DNA of 64,000 bases from an uncultured Oscillospiraceae bacterium (GCA_944387685.1 CALXFW010000059.1:3761-67760), one strand, 5' to 3'. Positions 25,875 through 35,672 are shown, counted from the stretch's first letter. The notes: generated by a model from the sequence alone, not told the origin. Translations and numbers: made by a program.

Positions 25875-26525
25875 TCATGCCCGGACGGTGCGCACAAACG
25901 CCTGCCGGTCTGCCGCCTTGAAATATGCAGAGCCTGCCACCAGAACCTCGGCGCCGTTTTCCTTGCAGAGGGCGCAGGTGGCGCTGTCCACTCCGCCGTC
26001 CACCTCCAGAATGCAGCCGGGGTTGATCTCATCCAGCATCTGCCGCAGCCTGCGGAGCTTCGGCATCATGTCCGCCATGAATTTCTGCCCGCCGAAACCG
26101 GGCTCCACGGTCATCACCAGCACCATATCGCACTTCGGCAGGTACACCGACGCCGCCTCCGCCGGCGTTCCCGGCTTCAGGGAAATGGCCGCTTTGCAGC
26201 CCAGCTGGTGAATCTTGTCCAGACAAGCCAGGATGTTGGCAGGCTGATCCGCCTCAATGTGGATGGTCAGCCAGTCCGCTCCGGCCTTCACAAACTGCTC
26301 CGCATACCGGATGGGCCGGTCAATCATCAGGTGAACGTCCAGGGGAAGCCCGGTCACCGGTCGAATGGCCTGCACCACCGGAATGCCGATGGAAATATTG
26401 GGGACGAAAATGCCGTCCATCACATCCACATGAACCCAATCGGCCCCGTTGTGCTCAATGTCATGGATGTCCCGCTCGAGATTCGCAAAGTCCGCAGACA
26501 ATATAGAGGGCGCAAGTTTTGCCAT
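25875..26525 (-). CDS. rpe: Ribulose-phosphate 3-epimerase
   Basis: APSILSADF, HVDVMDG.FVPN, MTVEPGFGGQ and EVDGG motifs. Confidence 0.96.
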   Translation of the reverse strand: MAKLAPSILSADFANLERDIHDIEHNGADWVHVDVMDGIFVPNISIGIPVVQAIRPVTGLPLDVHLMIDRPIRYAEQFVKAGADWLTIHIEADQPANILACLDKIHQLGCKAAISLKPGTPAEAASVYLPKCDMVLVMTVEPGFGGQKFMADMMPKLRRLRQMLDEINPGCILEVDGGVDSATCALCKENGAEVLVAGSAYFKAADRQAFVRTVRA

Positions 26526-26637
26526 AAGTCCTTTTCTCCTTATTTCCAGCCTGTCCGAAAAATGCTCCGGAACCTGTCTGTTTTTTCCTTACCATAGCAT
26601 ACTCCCGGGCAAAATGCAAGATTGGAAGCATTTTCCA

Positions 26638-26666
26638 GTATAGATTTCCCCCGTCTCGGCATACTA
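26638..26666 (+). promoter_or_regulatory. sigmaG/sigmaF-type forespore promoter
   Basis: GTATA-17-CATACTA upstream of the DUF1540 gene. Confidence 0.6.
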
Positions 26667-26699
26667 CTCCCGAATCCAATATCAAAGGAGGAAATGACC

Positions 26700-26864
26700 A
26701 TGAACTGCCATGCCAACAAGTGCATTGAGTGCACCGTCCAGCAGTGCGCTTACCACTGCGAGAATGAGAACTACTGCTCCCTGGACCGCATCCTGGTGGG
26801 CACCCATGAGGTAAACCCCACCATGGACCAGTGCACGGACTGCAAGTCCTTCCGCAAAAAGTAA
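26700..26864 (+). CDS. DUF1540 small Cys-rich protein
   Basis: I.C.V..C.YH....C....I.V...T.C.SF pattern; AAGGAGG RBS. Confidence 0.82.
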   Translation: MNCHANKCIECTVQQCAYHCENENYCSLDRILVGTHEVNPTMDQCTDCKSFRKK

Positions 26865-27024
26865 GGAAATTTTTCTGCGGCAGCTTTTGCTGCCGCAATT
26901 TTTCTTGACGAACCGTGGAAAACGGGGTAGGATAAGGGCAGGATTTATATTCCATTTCCCTATAATACATATTTTCTTCACATCTTCCCTGTAGAATCAG
27001 ATTTACACAGAAGGAGGAATCCCA

Positions 27025-28533
27025 ATGGATACCTACGACCCCAATTTCCAGGAGGACGATACCCTGTTTTCTTCCCAGGAGGTTACCGATTCCGTCCAGG
27101 CTTCCGCCGGGGAGTCGGTTTCCCAGGAGCCGCCCCAGGCGCCCGCTCCGGAGCAGTCGCCCCCGCCGCGACCCAGGAAGCCCTCTCCCTACGCCAATTC
27201 TCCCTATGAAATCCATGCCCCTTCTCAGGAGCAGGAATATGTCTATCATCCCCAGACCCGGCCTCCGGAAAAGCCTCCCAAGGCTCCCCGGCAGCGGTCC
27301 GGCGGCTTCCGCTCCGTGCTGCTGACGGTGGTTCTTGTGGCAGCAGGCTGTCTGATTACCGCCTTGGCCGTAAATCAGCGCTGGGAAAACCGGACTGCTT
27401 CCCTGTCGGAGTCCATGGCAGCGCGGATTGACTCCCTTCAGAAGCAGATTGAGGCGCAGAGCCAGACGCCCGCTATCAGCACCGCCCCCCAGAAGATTCC
27501 TGCCGACGGCTCCGCCATGACGCCCAGCCAGCTGTATGCCGCCTGTGTGGACAGTGTGGTGGCCATTTCCAGCACCGTACAGACCTCCGGGTATTACGGC
27601 TCCTCGGAGGACGTTTCCTCCGGCTCCGGCTTTATCTATTCGGAAGACGGCTATGTGATAACCAACTACCATGTGGTAGAGGACGCCGCCTCGGTGGACG
27701 TGGTGATGTACGATGGAACCGAATACCCGGCGGAAATCGTGGGCTATGACTCCACCAACGACATTGCCGTCCTGAAGGTGGATGCCCAGGGTCTGCCCGC
27801 TGCCTCCCTGGGGCAGAGCGGCGCTCTGTCCATCGGGGATATGGTGGTTGCCATCGGCAATCCCCTGGGGCAGCTGGCCGCCACCCAGACAGTGGGTTAT
27901 GTCAGCGGCATCAACCGGGAGGTTGCCACGGACAGCACCATCATCAGCATGATCCAGACCGATGCCGCCATCAACCCCGGCAATTCCGGCGGCCCGCTGT
28001 TCAATATGTATGGTCAGGTCATCGGAATCACCTCCGCCAAGTATTCCGGAACCACCGGTTCCGGCGCCTCCATTGAGGGCATCGGCTTCGCCATCCCCAT
28101 GGACGATGTGACCCCCATCATCAGCGACCTTATCTCCTACGGCTATGTCACCGGCTCCTACATGGGTGTAACGGTGCAGAATACGGACGCCGAGTCCGCC
28201 GCCATGTTTGGCCTGCCCACCGGCGCCTATGTTCTGGAAGTGGTGGAGGGCGGCAGCGCCCAGCGTGCCGGCATACAGGTCAAGGACATCATCATTGACC
28301 TGGGAGGCACCACCATCACCAACGTCACCGATCTGACCCGGGCCCTGCGCAAATTCCAGGCAGGCGACAATACCACCGTTACCGTCATCCGCAGCGGCAA
28401 GGAGGTCACCATGGACATTACCCTGGATGAAAAGCCTCAGGAGCTCCCGGAAGAGACTGCCCCCCAGCCGGAATACGGCTATGAAGGGGACGATCCCTTT
28501 GACGATTGGTTCAGCTGGTATTTCGGCGGCTAA
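27025..28533 (+). CDS. htrA: HtrA/DegP-type serine protease with PDZ domain
   Basis: TNYHVV, DIAVLK and DAAINPGNSGG catalytic triad; TM anchor; one PDZ domain. Confidence 0.93.
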   Translation: MDTYDPNFQEDDTLFSSQEVTDSVQASAGESVSQEPPQAPAPEQSPPPRPRKPSPYANSPYEIHAPSQEQEYVYHPQTRPPEKPPKAPRQRSGGFRSVLLTVVLVAAGCLITALAVNQRWENRTASLSESMAARIDSLQKQIEAQSQTPAISTAPQKIPADGSAMTPSQLYAACVDSVVAISSTVQTSGYYGSSEDVSSGSGFIYSEDGYVITNYHVVEDAASVDVVMYDGTEYPAEIVGYDSTNDIAVLKVDAQGLPAASLGQSGALSIGDMVVAIGNPLGQLAATQTVGYVSGINREVATDSTIISMIQTDAAINPGNSGGPLFNMYGQVIGITSAKYSGTTGSGASIEGIGFAIPMDDVTPIISDLISYGYVTGSYMGVTVQNTDAESAAMFGLPTGAYVLEVVEGGSAQRAGIQVKDIIIDLGGTTITNVTDLTRALRKFQAGDNTTVTVIRSGKEVTMDITLDEKPQELPEETAPQPEYGYEGDDPFDDWFSWYFGG

Positions 28534-28723
28534 CCCATACCCCGAATGTTCCAACGGCGCACCGACTCTGTGCGGTGCGCCCCTTCTTACGCCCGGAGAT
28601 TTTACCTGTCCGCATCTCTGTCCGTTTCACCGGGCCGCACCGTTTGGAGATTCTTTTTCTCATGCGATGTATAAACGGCAATTTCAGCGGATATCATTTT
28701 CCTCATACAGGAGGCAGAACACA

Positions 28724-29737
28724 ATGACGAAGAAAAAACGGCCATCCTCCCCTGCCCGTACAGCCATGAAACTGCTGTGCACGCTGCTGGGTGTGATTCT
28801 CGTGGTAATGCTGGGTGCCACACTGTTTTTCCAATACCAGACAGGCATTTTGCCTGAGGACAGTCTGGGCATTACCGAGCTGTTCTCTCTGGACAGCCTG
28901 CAGGGATTGTTCAGCCTTTCCACGCCCGACTGGGACAGTTCTCTTCTGGATGGCGGCGAGGGGCTGATCGGCGGCAGCGGAAGCAACATTGTCAACATTC
29001 TGCTTATCGGTCAGGATGCCCGTGAAAATGAGGAGCGCGCCCGTTCCGATTCCATGATTCTGTGTACCTTCAACAAGAAAACCAAGCAGCTGACCATGAC
29101 CTCCATCCTCCGGGATCTGTATGTCTCCATTCCCGGCCACGGTTCCAACCGAATCAACGCCGCTTACGCCTGGGGTGGAAGCGAGCTGCTGAAGGAGACT
29201 TTGACCCAAAACTTTGGTCTGTACATCAATGGTACGGTGGAGGTGGATTTTGAGCAGTTTCCCCAGATCATCGACCTGCTGGGAGGTGTGGAAATTGAAC
29301 TGCGTCAGGACGAGGCAAATCTGATCAACTCCGAAACCGGCAGCAGCCTCAGCGCCGGTGTGCAGACACTGACAGGCGATCAGGCGCTGTCCTATTCCCG
29401 CATCCGAAAGCTGGACCCGGACAGTGATTTCAGCCGCACCGCCCGGCAGCGGAAGGTAATGCTGGCCATTCTCAACGCCTACCGCAGCTCCGGCCTGACC
29501 ACGATGCTTTCCCTGATGAAAAACATCCTCCCCATGGTAACCACGGATATGGGCAATTTGGAAATCATCATGCTGGCCGCCGAGGTATTTCCCGCTCTTT
29601 CCGGAACGGAAACTGTCAGTCAGTACATTCCGGCAGAGGGGATGTACTCCGGTCAGATGATTGATGGAATGTCCGTTTTGGTCCCGGATACCAACGCAAT
29701 CCGGCAGATGCTGGAGCAAACGCTGCTCGCCGCCTGA
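28724..29737 (+). CDS. LCP (LytR-CpsA-Psr) family cell-wall glycopolymer ligase
   Basis: NILLIGQD, RSDSMIL, SILRD, RINAAY and SRIR...SDFSRTARQR motifs; single TM. Confidence 0.92.
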   Translation: MTKKKRPSSPARTAMKLLCTLLGVILVVMLGATLFFQYQTGILPEDSLGITELFSLDSLQGLFSLSTPDWDSSLLDGGEGLIGGSGSNIVNILLIGQDARENEERARSDSMILCTFNKKTKQLTMTSILRDLYVSIPGHGSNRINAAYAWGGSELLKETLTQNFGLYINGTVEVDFEQFPQIIDLLGGVEIELRQDEANLINSETGSSLSAGVQTLTGDQALSYSRIRKLDPDSDFSRTARQRKVMLAILNAYRSSGLTTMLSLMKNILPMVTTDMGNLEIIMLAAEVFPALSGTETVSQYIPAEGMYSGQMIDGMSVLVPDTNAIRQMLEQTLLAA

Positions 29738-29893
29738 CGGCCTTCACCGGCGTTCAGCGGGTCAATTTTCGGCCCATTTTGAGAAAAGGAAAATTTTTCC
29801 TTTTTAGTTGCTCTTAAAAGTTTCTTAAAACGCTGTTAATATAAGTAACATCCAATATCTAGCAAAATATTTCTTTTTTCTTTAACATGGGAA

Positions 29894-29922
29894 TTGACAA
29901 AAACTGTAAGTTAGTTTATAAT
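29894..29922 (+). promoter_or_regulatory. Consensus sigmaA promoter
   Basis: TTGACA-17-TATAAT, perfect match, upstream of the orphan BlaI-like gene. Confidence 0.8.
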
Positions 29923-29948
29923 GGAGTCAGGCTATTGATCGAGGAGGT

Positions 29949-30323
29949 GTGCAGGTGCAACTGACAAAAAGTGAAATGGAAATTATGGACGTCCTCTGGG
30001 ATTCCGATAAGCCTCTGTCCCGTTCGGACCTGCTGGACCGTTCGGAGGAAAAGACCTGGAAGGACAGTTCTGTGCATATTCTGCTGAATGGCCTGCTGCA
30101 AAAGGGTGCCATTCAGGAGGCCGGTTTGGTAAAACGAAGCAAGACCTATGGCAGAGTGTTCCTGCCTGCCCTGACCCGAGAAGAGTATTTTGCCAGCACC
30201 ATTTTCAGCCATCCCCATAAGCCCGAGATTGTCGGCTTATTCCGCGCCCTTTTGCGCAGAGACGACATCACGCAGGAGGATCTGGCTCAGATTTCTCTGC
30301 TGGTCAATCAAAGAAAACACTGA
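29949..30323 (+). CDS. BlaI/MecI/CopY-family transcriptional regulator (no adjacent BlaR)
   Basis: LTKSEMEIMDVLW, W..SSVHILLN.L..KG and P.LTREEY patterns. Confidence 0.82.
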   Translation: MQVQLTKSEMEIMDVLWDSDKPLSRSDLLDRSEEKTWKDSSVHILLNGLLQKGAIQEAGLVKRSKTYGRVFLPALTREEYFASTIFSHPHKPEIVGLFRALLRRDDITQEDLAQISLLVNQRKH

Positions 30324-30330
30324 TTTTTGG

Positions 30331-30360
30331 AGAGGCTGCCGTTGGCAGCCTCTTCTTTCT
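30331..30360 (+). terminator. Rho-independent terminator
   Basis: AGAGGCTGCC-GTT-GGCAGCCTCT followed by TCTTTCT. Confidence 0.7.
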
Positions 30361-30499
30361 GCCCGTTTTTGTCGAAAACGAAAAAAATAAAGTTGGAATC
30401 GATACATTTTTACATTGCGTGGTTGACAATTCCAATTTCTGTGTGTATAGTAGGGGAGGTTAATGCTTGGCAGCCCTGCTGCCAAAGGGAGGAAAACCA

Positions 30500-31156
30500 A
30501 TGTTGAAAACCATAGATCTGTATGACCTGTCTCATTCTGCAGCAGGCGCTTATCTGTCTGAATTTGAGTACCCCTGGCAGGCCCTGAAGGGAATCCAGGA
30601 GCTGATTCTTTCCCTTGGTCCGACCCTGGGAGAGGACTATACCCAAGTTTCCGATCAGGTTTGGGTTCATAAAACTGCCGTGGTTGCCCCCACTGCCTTC
30701 CTGGGCGCCCCCTGCATCATCGGCGCCCACACCGAGGTCCGACACTGCGCCTTTATCCGGGGTTCTGCTCTGGTGGGGGAAAACTGCGTGGTGGGCAATT
30801 CCGTGGAACTGAAAAATGTGATTCTCTTCGACAATGTCCAGGTCCCCCACTACAATTATGTCGGCGACAGCATCCTGGGATACAAGTCCCACATGGGCGC
30901 CGGCAGTCTGACCTCCAACGTCAAATCCGACAAGACCCTGGTCGTGGTAAAGGACCGCCGGGAGGAAATTCCCACCGGCCTGAAAAAATTCGGCGCTATG
31001 GTGGGCGACTATGTGGAGGTGGGATGCAACAGTGTTCTGAATCCCGGTACGGTCATCGGCCGCAATACCAACATCTACCCTACCTCCTGCGTCCGGGGTG
31101 TGGTGCCCGCCAACAGCATCTGGAAAACCGGCGGCATCATCGTCTCCAAGCGGTAA
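30500..31156 (+). CDS. Stand-alone GlmU-like left-handed beta-helix acetyltransferase
   Basis: YPW, VRHCAFIRG, GNSVELKN, VPHYNYVGDSILG and KKFGAMVGD motifs; no nucleotidyltransferase domain; precedes glmM. Confidence 0.75.
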   Translation: MLKTIDLYDLSHSAAGAYLSEFEYPWQALKGIQELILSLGPTLGEDYTQVSDQVWVHKTAVVAPTAFLGAPCIIGAHTEVRHCAFIRGSALVGENCVVGNSVELKNVILFDNVQVPHYNYVGDSILGYKSHMGAGSLTSNVKSDKTLVVVKDRREEIPTGLKKFGAMVGDYVEVGCNSVLNPGTVIGRNTNIYPTSCVRGVVPANSIWKTGGIIVSKR

Positions 31157-31198
31157 TCATGACCGGTAAATGCACTTAATGGAAAGGAGCCTGTTCCT

Positions 31199-32584
31199 AT
31201 GGGAAAATATTTCGGAACCGACGGCTTCCGCGGTGAAGCCAACTGCAATCTGACCTCCGATCACGCCTATAAAGTGGGCCGTTTTCTGGGCTGGTACTAT
31301 ACCCAGCTGCGCCGCCGCAGCGGCCAGGACGGCCCTGCCCGGGTTGTCATCGGCAAGGACACCCGCCGCAGCAGCTATATGTTTGAATACAGCCTGGTGG
31401 GCGGTCTGGTAGCCTCCGGCGCCGACGCCTACCTTCTGCACGTCACCACCACCCCCTCCGTGGCCTATGTAGCCCGGACAGAGGGATTCGAGTGCGGCAT
31501 CATGATCTCCGCCAGCCATAACCCCTACTACGACAACGGCATCAAGCTCATCAACGGTTTCGGTGAAAAGATGGACGAGGGTGTCATCGCTCTGGTGGAA
31601 GCGTATCTGGACGGCCACCTGGAGGCCTTCGGCCGGACCTGGGAAGAGCTGCCTCTGGCCAAGCGGGACCAGATCGGCCGCACCGTGGACCATGTGGCAG
31701 GCCGTAACCGCTACATTGGCTACCTGATCTCCCTGGGTCTGTACTCCTTCAAGGGAATGCGGGTTGGTCTGGACTGCGCCAACGGCTCCTCCTGGAACAT
31801 CGCCAAGTCCGTCTTTGACGCTCTGGGCGCCAAAACCTATGTGATCAACGCCGAGCCCGACGGCTACAACATCAACGCCAACGCCGGCTCCACCCACATT
31901 GAGGTACTGCAGAAGTTCGTCGTGGACAATCATCTGGATGTGGGCTTTGCCTTTGACGGCGATGCCGACCGCTGCCTGTGCGTGGATGAGCTGGGCAACG
32001 TGGTCACCGGCGACCACATCCTCTACATCTACGGAAAGTACATGAAGGAGCGGGGCAAACTGGTGATGAACACCGTGGTCACCACGGTGATGTCCAACTT
32101 CGGCCTCTATAAGGCCTTCGACGAGCTGGGCATCGAATACGCCAAGACCGCCGTGGGCGACAAATATGTTTACGAGTACATGATGACCAACGGCTGCCGT
32201 CTGGGCGGCGAGCAGAGCGGCCACATCATTTTCTCCAAGTATGCTTCCACCGGGGACGGCATTCTGACCTCCCTGAAGATCATGGAGGTTATGCTGGCAA
32301 AGAAGAAGACCCTGAGCCAGCTGTGTGAGGGCTTCACCTTCTATCCCCAGGTGCTGCAGAATGTCCGGGTACAGGATAAGCCTGCCGCCCAGTCCGACCC
32401 TGACGTGCAGAAGGCTGTCGCAGACGTGGCCGCCAAGCTGGGCGACTCCGGCCGGATTCTGGTCCGGGAGTCCGGCACCGAGCCGGTGATCCGGGTCATG
32501 GTGGAGGCACCGGAGAAAGAAACCTGCGAAGAGTATGTCTCCTATGTGGTCAACGTAATCCGCAGCAAGGGCCACGCGGTATAA
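31199..32584 (+). CDS. glmM: Phosphoglucosamine mutase
   Basis: YFGTDGFRG, ISASHNP, FDGDADR, GGEQSGH and RESGTEP motifs. Confidence 0.95.
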   Translation: MGKYFGTDGFRGEANCNLTSDHAYKVGRFLGWYYTQLRRRSGQDGPARVVIGKDTRRSSYMFEYSLVGGLVASGADAYLLHVTTTPSVAYVARTEGFECGIMISASHNPYYDNGIKLINGFGEKMDEGVIALVEAYLDGHLEAFGRTWEELPLAKRDQIGRTVDHVAGRNRYIGYLISLGLYSFKGMRVGLDCANGSSWNIAKSVFDALGAKTYVINAEPDGYNINANAGSTHIEVLQKFVVDNHLDVGFAFDGDADRCLCVDELGNVVTGDHILYIYGKYMKERGKLVMNTVVTTVMSNFGLYKAFDELGIEYAKTAVGDKYVYEYMMTNGCRLGGEQSGHIIFSKYASTGDGILTSLKIMEVMLAKKKTLSQLCEGFTFYPQVLQNVRVQDKPAAQSDPDVQKAVADVAAKLGDSGRILVRESGTEPVIRVMVEAPEKETCEEYVSYVVNVIRSKGHAV

Positions 32585-32597
32585 AATTCCATTGTAT

Positions 32598-32630
32598 TCC
32601 GGATGTCCCGGTGGGACATCCGGACTTTTC
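32598..32630 (+). terminator. Rho-independent terminator
   Basis: TCCGGATGTCCC-GGT-GGGACATCCGGA followed by CTTTTC. Confidence 0.75.
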
Positions 32631-32724
32631 TTTCTCCGGGGAATTGCCGGATTTGATTCGGGCTGTCTTGCATTCAGGGCGTTTTTATGGTAGAATGGTG
32701 CCATTGCAACACAGGAGGGACACC

Positions 32725-33390
32725 ATGGACGACGAGAAGGTGAAGTATCAAATCGGCGCAAATATCGCCGCCTACCGGAAGCAGGCCGGCCTGACCCAGG
32801 CAGGGTTGGCGGAAAAACTGAATTACTCCGATAAGGCCGTCTCCAAATGGGAGCGGGGAGAATCCGTGCCGGATGTGCTGACGCTGATGGTCCTTGCGGA
32901 TCAGTTCGGCATCACCGTCAACGACCTTCTGGTGGACCCCAATGCTCTGCCCGGCAACCCGGGAACCCTGGAAAAGGCCATGACCCAGGTTTCGGAGAAG
33001 GCTCTGAAGCGCAAGCCCAACAAGAACATCATTCTGGCCCTGTCCTCTACCCTGGTCTGGTTCATTGCGCTGCTGGCCTTTGTGATTCTATCCTCCTTCG
33101 CCATTCTGGAGCCCTACAGCTGCCTGCTGTTCTTCTACGCAATCCCCGCCAATGCCATCGTGCTGCTGAGCCTGCGCTCCGCCTGGCATGATTTCCGCTG
33201 GAATCAGGCGCTGATTTCCATTATCGTCTGGGGCGGACTTTTGAGCCTGTTCGTAACGCTGCACGTCACCCTGGATTACCGATTCTGGAAGGTATTCCTG
33301 CTGGGAATCCCCAGTCAGCTGGCCATTTTTCTCTGGTTCCGGATGTTCCGGCCGGGAAAGGAGCAGGAAGGAGAAGCTGCCCATGGATAA
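32725..33390 (+). CDS. XRE-family HTH regulator with C-terminal 4-TM domain
   Basis: LTQ..LAEKLNYSDKAVSKWERG..PD HTH; hydrophobic C-terminus. Confidence 0.88.
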   Translation: MDDEKVKYQIGANIAAYRKQAGLTQAGLAEKLNYSDKAVSKWERGESVPDVLTLMVLADQFGITVNDLLVDPNALPGNPGTLEKAMTQVSEKALKRKPNKNIILALSSTLVWFIALLAFVILSSFAILEPYSCLLFFYAIPANAIVLLSLRSAWHDFRWNQALISIIVWGGLLSLFVTLHVTLDYRFWKVFLLGIPSQLAIFLWFRMFRPGKEQEGEAAHG

Positions 33391-33916
33391 GCTGGAGCTG
33401 CGCAAAGCCATTCGTGCCCGGAAGCGGGCGATGACCCCGGAGGAAATCAACCGCCGCAGCGAGGCCCTCGCCCGGCTGTTTCTGGCCACCGATGCTTATC
33501 GGGCCGCCCGGACCCTTTATGGATATCTGCCCTACAATCAGGAGGTTCGCACCCTGCCCATTCTGGAGCAGGCGCTGAAGGATGGCAAGCAGGTGGCCGT
33601 TCCCAAGGTCTATGGAGATCAGATGCGGTTTATCCGCCTGGAGGACCTGACCCAGGTGGCCAGGGGCTACGCCGGGATTCCCGAGCCCATTGCCGACGGA
33701 CCGGTAGCAGAGGATCCAACCGCCCTGGTGCTTATGCCCGGTCTGGCCTTTGATCCCCAGGGGCACCGGATTGGCTACGGCGGTGGATTTTACGACAAAT
33801 TCCTGGCCGACGAGCCGGACCATCCCACCGTCGCCCTGTGCTACGAATTTCAGGTGCTCCCTCACCTGGATACCCAGGCCCACGACATTCCCGTAGATCT
33901 GGTTCTGTGGGCCTGA
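33383..33916 (+). CDS. 5-formyltetrahydrofolate cyclo-ligase
   Basis: K.ELRK, GIPEP, MPGLAFD..G.RIGYGGGFYD and HDIPVD motifs. Confidence 0.93.
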   Translation: MDKLELRKAIRARKRAMTPEEINRRSEALARLFLATDAYRAARTLYGYLPYNQEVRTLPILEQALKDGKQVAVPKVYGDQMRFIRLEDLTQVARGYAGIPEPIADGPVAEDPTALVLMPGLAFDPQGHRIGYGGGFYDKFLADEPDHPTVALCYEFQVLPHLDTQAHDIPVDLVLWA

Positions 33917-33950
33917 GGATGGATCATTTTGGGGACATAGGAGTATACAT

Positions 33951-34526
33951 ATGGAATTTATTCTGATTCTGCTGGCTGCGGGCTGTATCTTTGGACTGTG
34001 CTACCTGGTGGACCGGGCGTTCACCAAGGTCTTCCGCAGCAAAGCCCAGCATCGCTCGGGGCTGGCTGTCCGCGCCAGCAAGCGCTATGGTATTTTCGGA
34101 GTCATTCTCACTGTGCTGGGCATCCTGGGAATCTGCACTGGCATCACCGACGGCGCTGTGCTGCTGGTAGGCGGCATTGTGGTTCTGCTGATGGGGCTGG
34201 GCCTGGCCGGCCACTACCTCACCTTCGGCATCTTCTACGACCAGGACAGCTTTCTGGTCTCCCGGTTCGGGAAGCCGGACCGCACCTATCGCTTCGGGGA
34301 TATTCAGGGACAAAAGCTGTACCTGATTCAGGGCGGCACCGTGATGGTGGAGCTGCACATGGCCGACGGCACCACCGTCAGCGTCCAGTCTGCCATGGAA
34401 GGGGTCTACCCCTTCCTGGACGCCGCCTTTTCCGGCTGGTGTGCCCAGACCGGGCGGACACCGGAGCAGTGTGACTTTTACAATCCCTCCCAGAGTCTGT
34501 GGTTCCCCACGGTGGAGGATGTATAA
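33951..34526 (+). CDS. Hypothetical membrane protein (3 TM plus PH-like soluble domain)
   Basis: Hydrophobic segments, RBS, and TAATG coupling to the next gene. Confidence 0.6.
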   Translation: MEFILILLAAGCIFGLCYLVDRAFTKVFRSKAQHRSGLAVRASKRYGIFGVILTVLGILGICTGITDGAVLLVGGIVVLLMGLGLAGHYLTFGIFYDQDSFLVSRFGKPDRTYRFGDIQGQKLYLIQGGTVMVELHMADGTTVSVQSAMEGVYPFLDAAFSGWCAQTGRTPEQCDFYNPSQSLWFPTVEDV

Positions 34527-35146
34527 TGGCACACATTCCCAGCGGCACGACCGCCCAGCTGGAGCTGCTTACCTTTCAGCAGGCTCTGGAATCTGCCAAC
34601 ACCCCCAACGGGGAATACGACATCGGAACCTGGCTGTACGCCCCCAGCTTTTACTCTGAGTACCGTTATCTTCTGGGCACCCGGGGGCAGCGCCCCCTGA
34701 TCTGTGTGGGGATCAATCCCTCCACCGCCCGGCCGGACGCCCTGGACAACACCCTGAAGTCCGTTCAGCGCATTGCCCTGGCCAACGGCTACGACAGCTT
34801 TCTCATGTTCAACGTATACGCCCAGCGGGCCACCAATCCGGACGACATGGAGCGGGTGTGCAATCCCCTGCTCCATCGGGAGAATCTGGAGGCCTTCCGC
34901 TACCTACTTTCCCTGTCCCCGGAGCCCTCTGTCTGGGCTGCCTGGGGCGCCATCATTGAAAAACGGGCCTACCTCCCCGGCTGTGTCCGGGATCTGGTGC
35001 GGGAGGGAGAGCTCCGGGACGCCCGGTGGTACTGCGCCGGGCCCATCAGCAAGAAAGGCCACCCTCACCATCCCCTGTACCTGAAAAAGGACGAGCCTCT
35101 TCGGCCCTTTGACGTGAACGCCTATCTGGACAGCCTGCGCTTTTAG
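34526..35146 (+). CDS. DUF1643 family protein
   Basis: YRY.L, GINPSTA...D.T, FNVYAQRATNP, WAAWG and G.PHHPLY motifs. Confidence 0.85.
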   Translation: MAHIPSGTTAQLELLTFQQALESANTPNGEYDIGTWLYAPSFYSEYRYLLGTRGQRPLICVGINPSTARPDALDNTLKSVQRIALANGYDSFLMFNVYAQRATNPDDMERVCNPLLHRENLEAFRYLLSLSPEPSVWAAWGAIIEKRAYLPGCVRDLVREGELRDARWYCAGPISKKGHPHHPLYLKKDEPLRPFDVNAYLDSLRF

Positions 35147-35156
35147 GAGATAACCC

Positions 35157-35672
35157 ATGAAATTCGTTATTGCATCCGATATTCACGGCAGCGCCTTCTG
35201 GTGCGCAAAGCTTTGTGCGCTGGTGGAAGCCGAACAGCCGGACCGGCTGCTTCTGCTGGGGGACCTGCTCTACCACGGTCCCCGCAACGACCTGCCCCGG
35301 GACTACGCCCCGAAGGCGGTCATCCCCATGCTCTCCCACTACCAGGACATCATCCTGGCAGTCCGGGGCAACTGTGAGGCAGAGGTGGATCAGATGGTGC
35401 TCCCCTTCCCCTGCCTGGCGGAGTACGCCCTGGTGTTCGCCGATGGCTGCCCCCTTTACCTGACCCATGGGCACCACAGCTGCCCGGAGCAGCTTCCTCC
35501 CTTGGCAAAGGAAACCGTTTTTTTGTACGGACACACCCATGTGAAGCGGGATGAAATGGTAAACGGCATCCGATGCCTGAATCCCGGCAGCGTCTCCATT
35601 CCCAAGGACGGCTCCCACAGCTGCCTGATTTATGAAAACGGGATTTTTTCTTTCCGGATTTTGGAGGCGTGA
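35157..35672 (+). CDS. YfcE/MJ0936-type metallophosphodiesterase
   Basis: SDIHG, GDLLYHGPRN, RGNC, THGH, GHTH and NPGSVSIPK motifs. Confidence 0.92.
   Translation: MKFVIASDIHGSAFWCAKLCALVEAEQPDRLLLLGDLLYHGPRNDLPRDYAPKAVIPMLSHYQDIILAVRGNCEAEVDQMVLPFPCLAEYALVFADGCPLYLTHGHHSCPEQLPPLAKETVFLYGHTHVKRDEMVNGIRCLNPGSVSIPKDGSHSCLIYENGIFSFRILEA

Noticed and set aside
32585-33383. 6S RNA upstream of the 5-formyl-THF cyclo-ligase gene
   Set aside because: The upstream space is filled by the XRE gene; the intergenic part holds only a terminator and a promoter.
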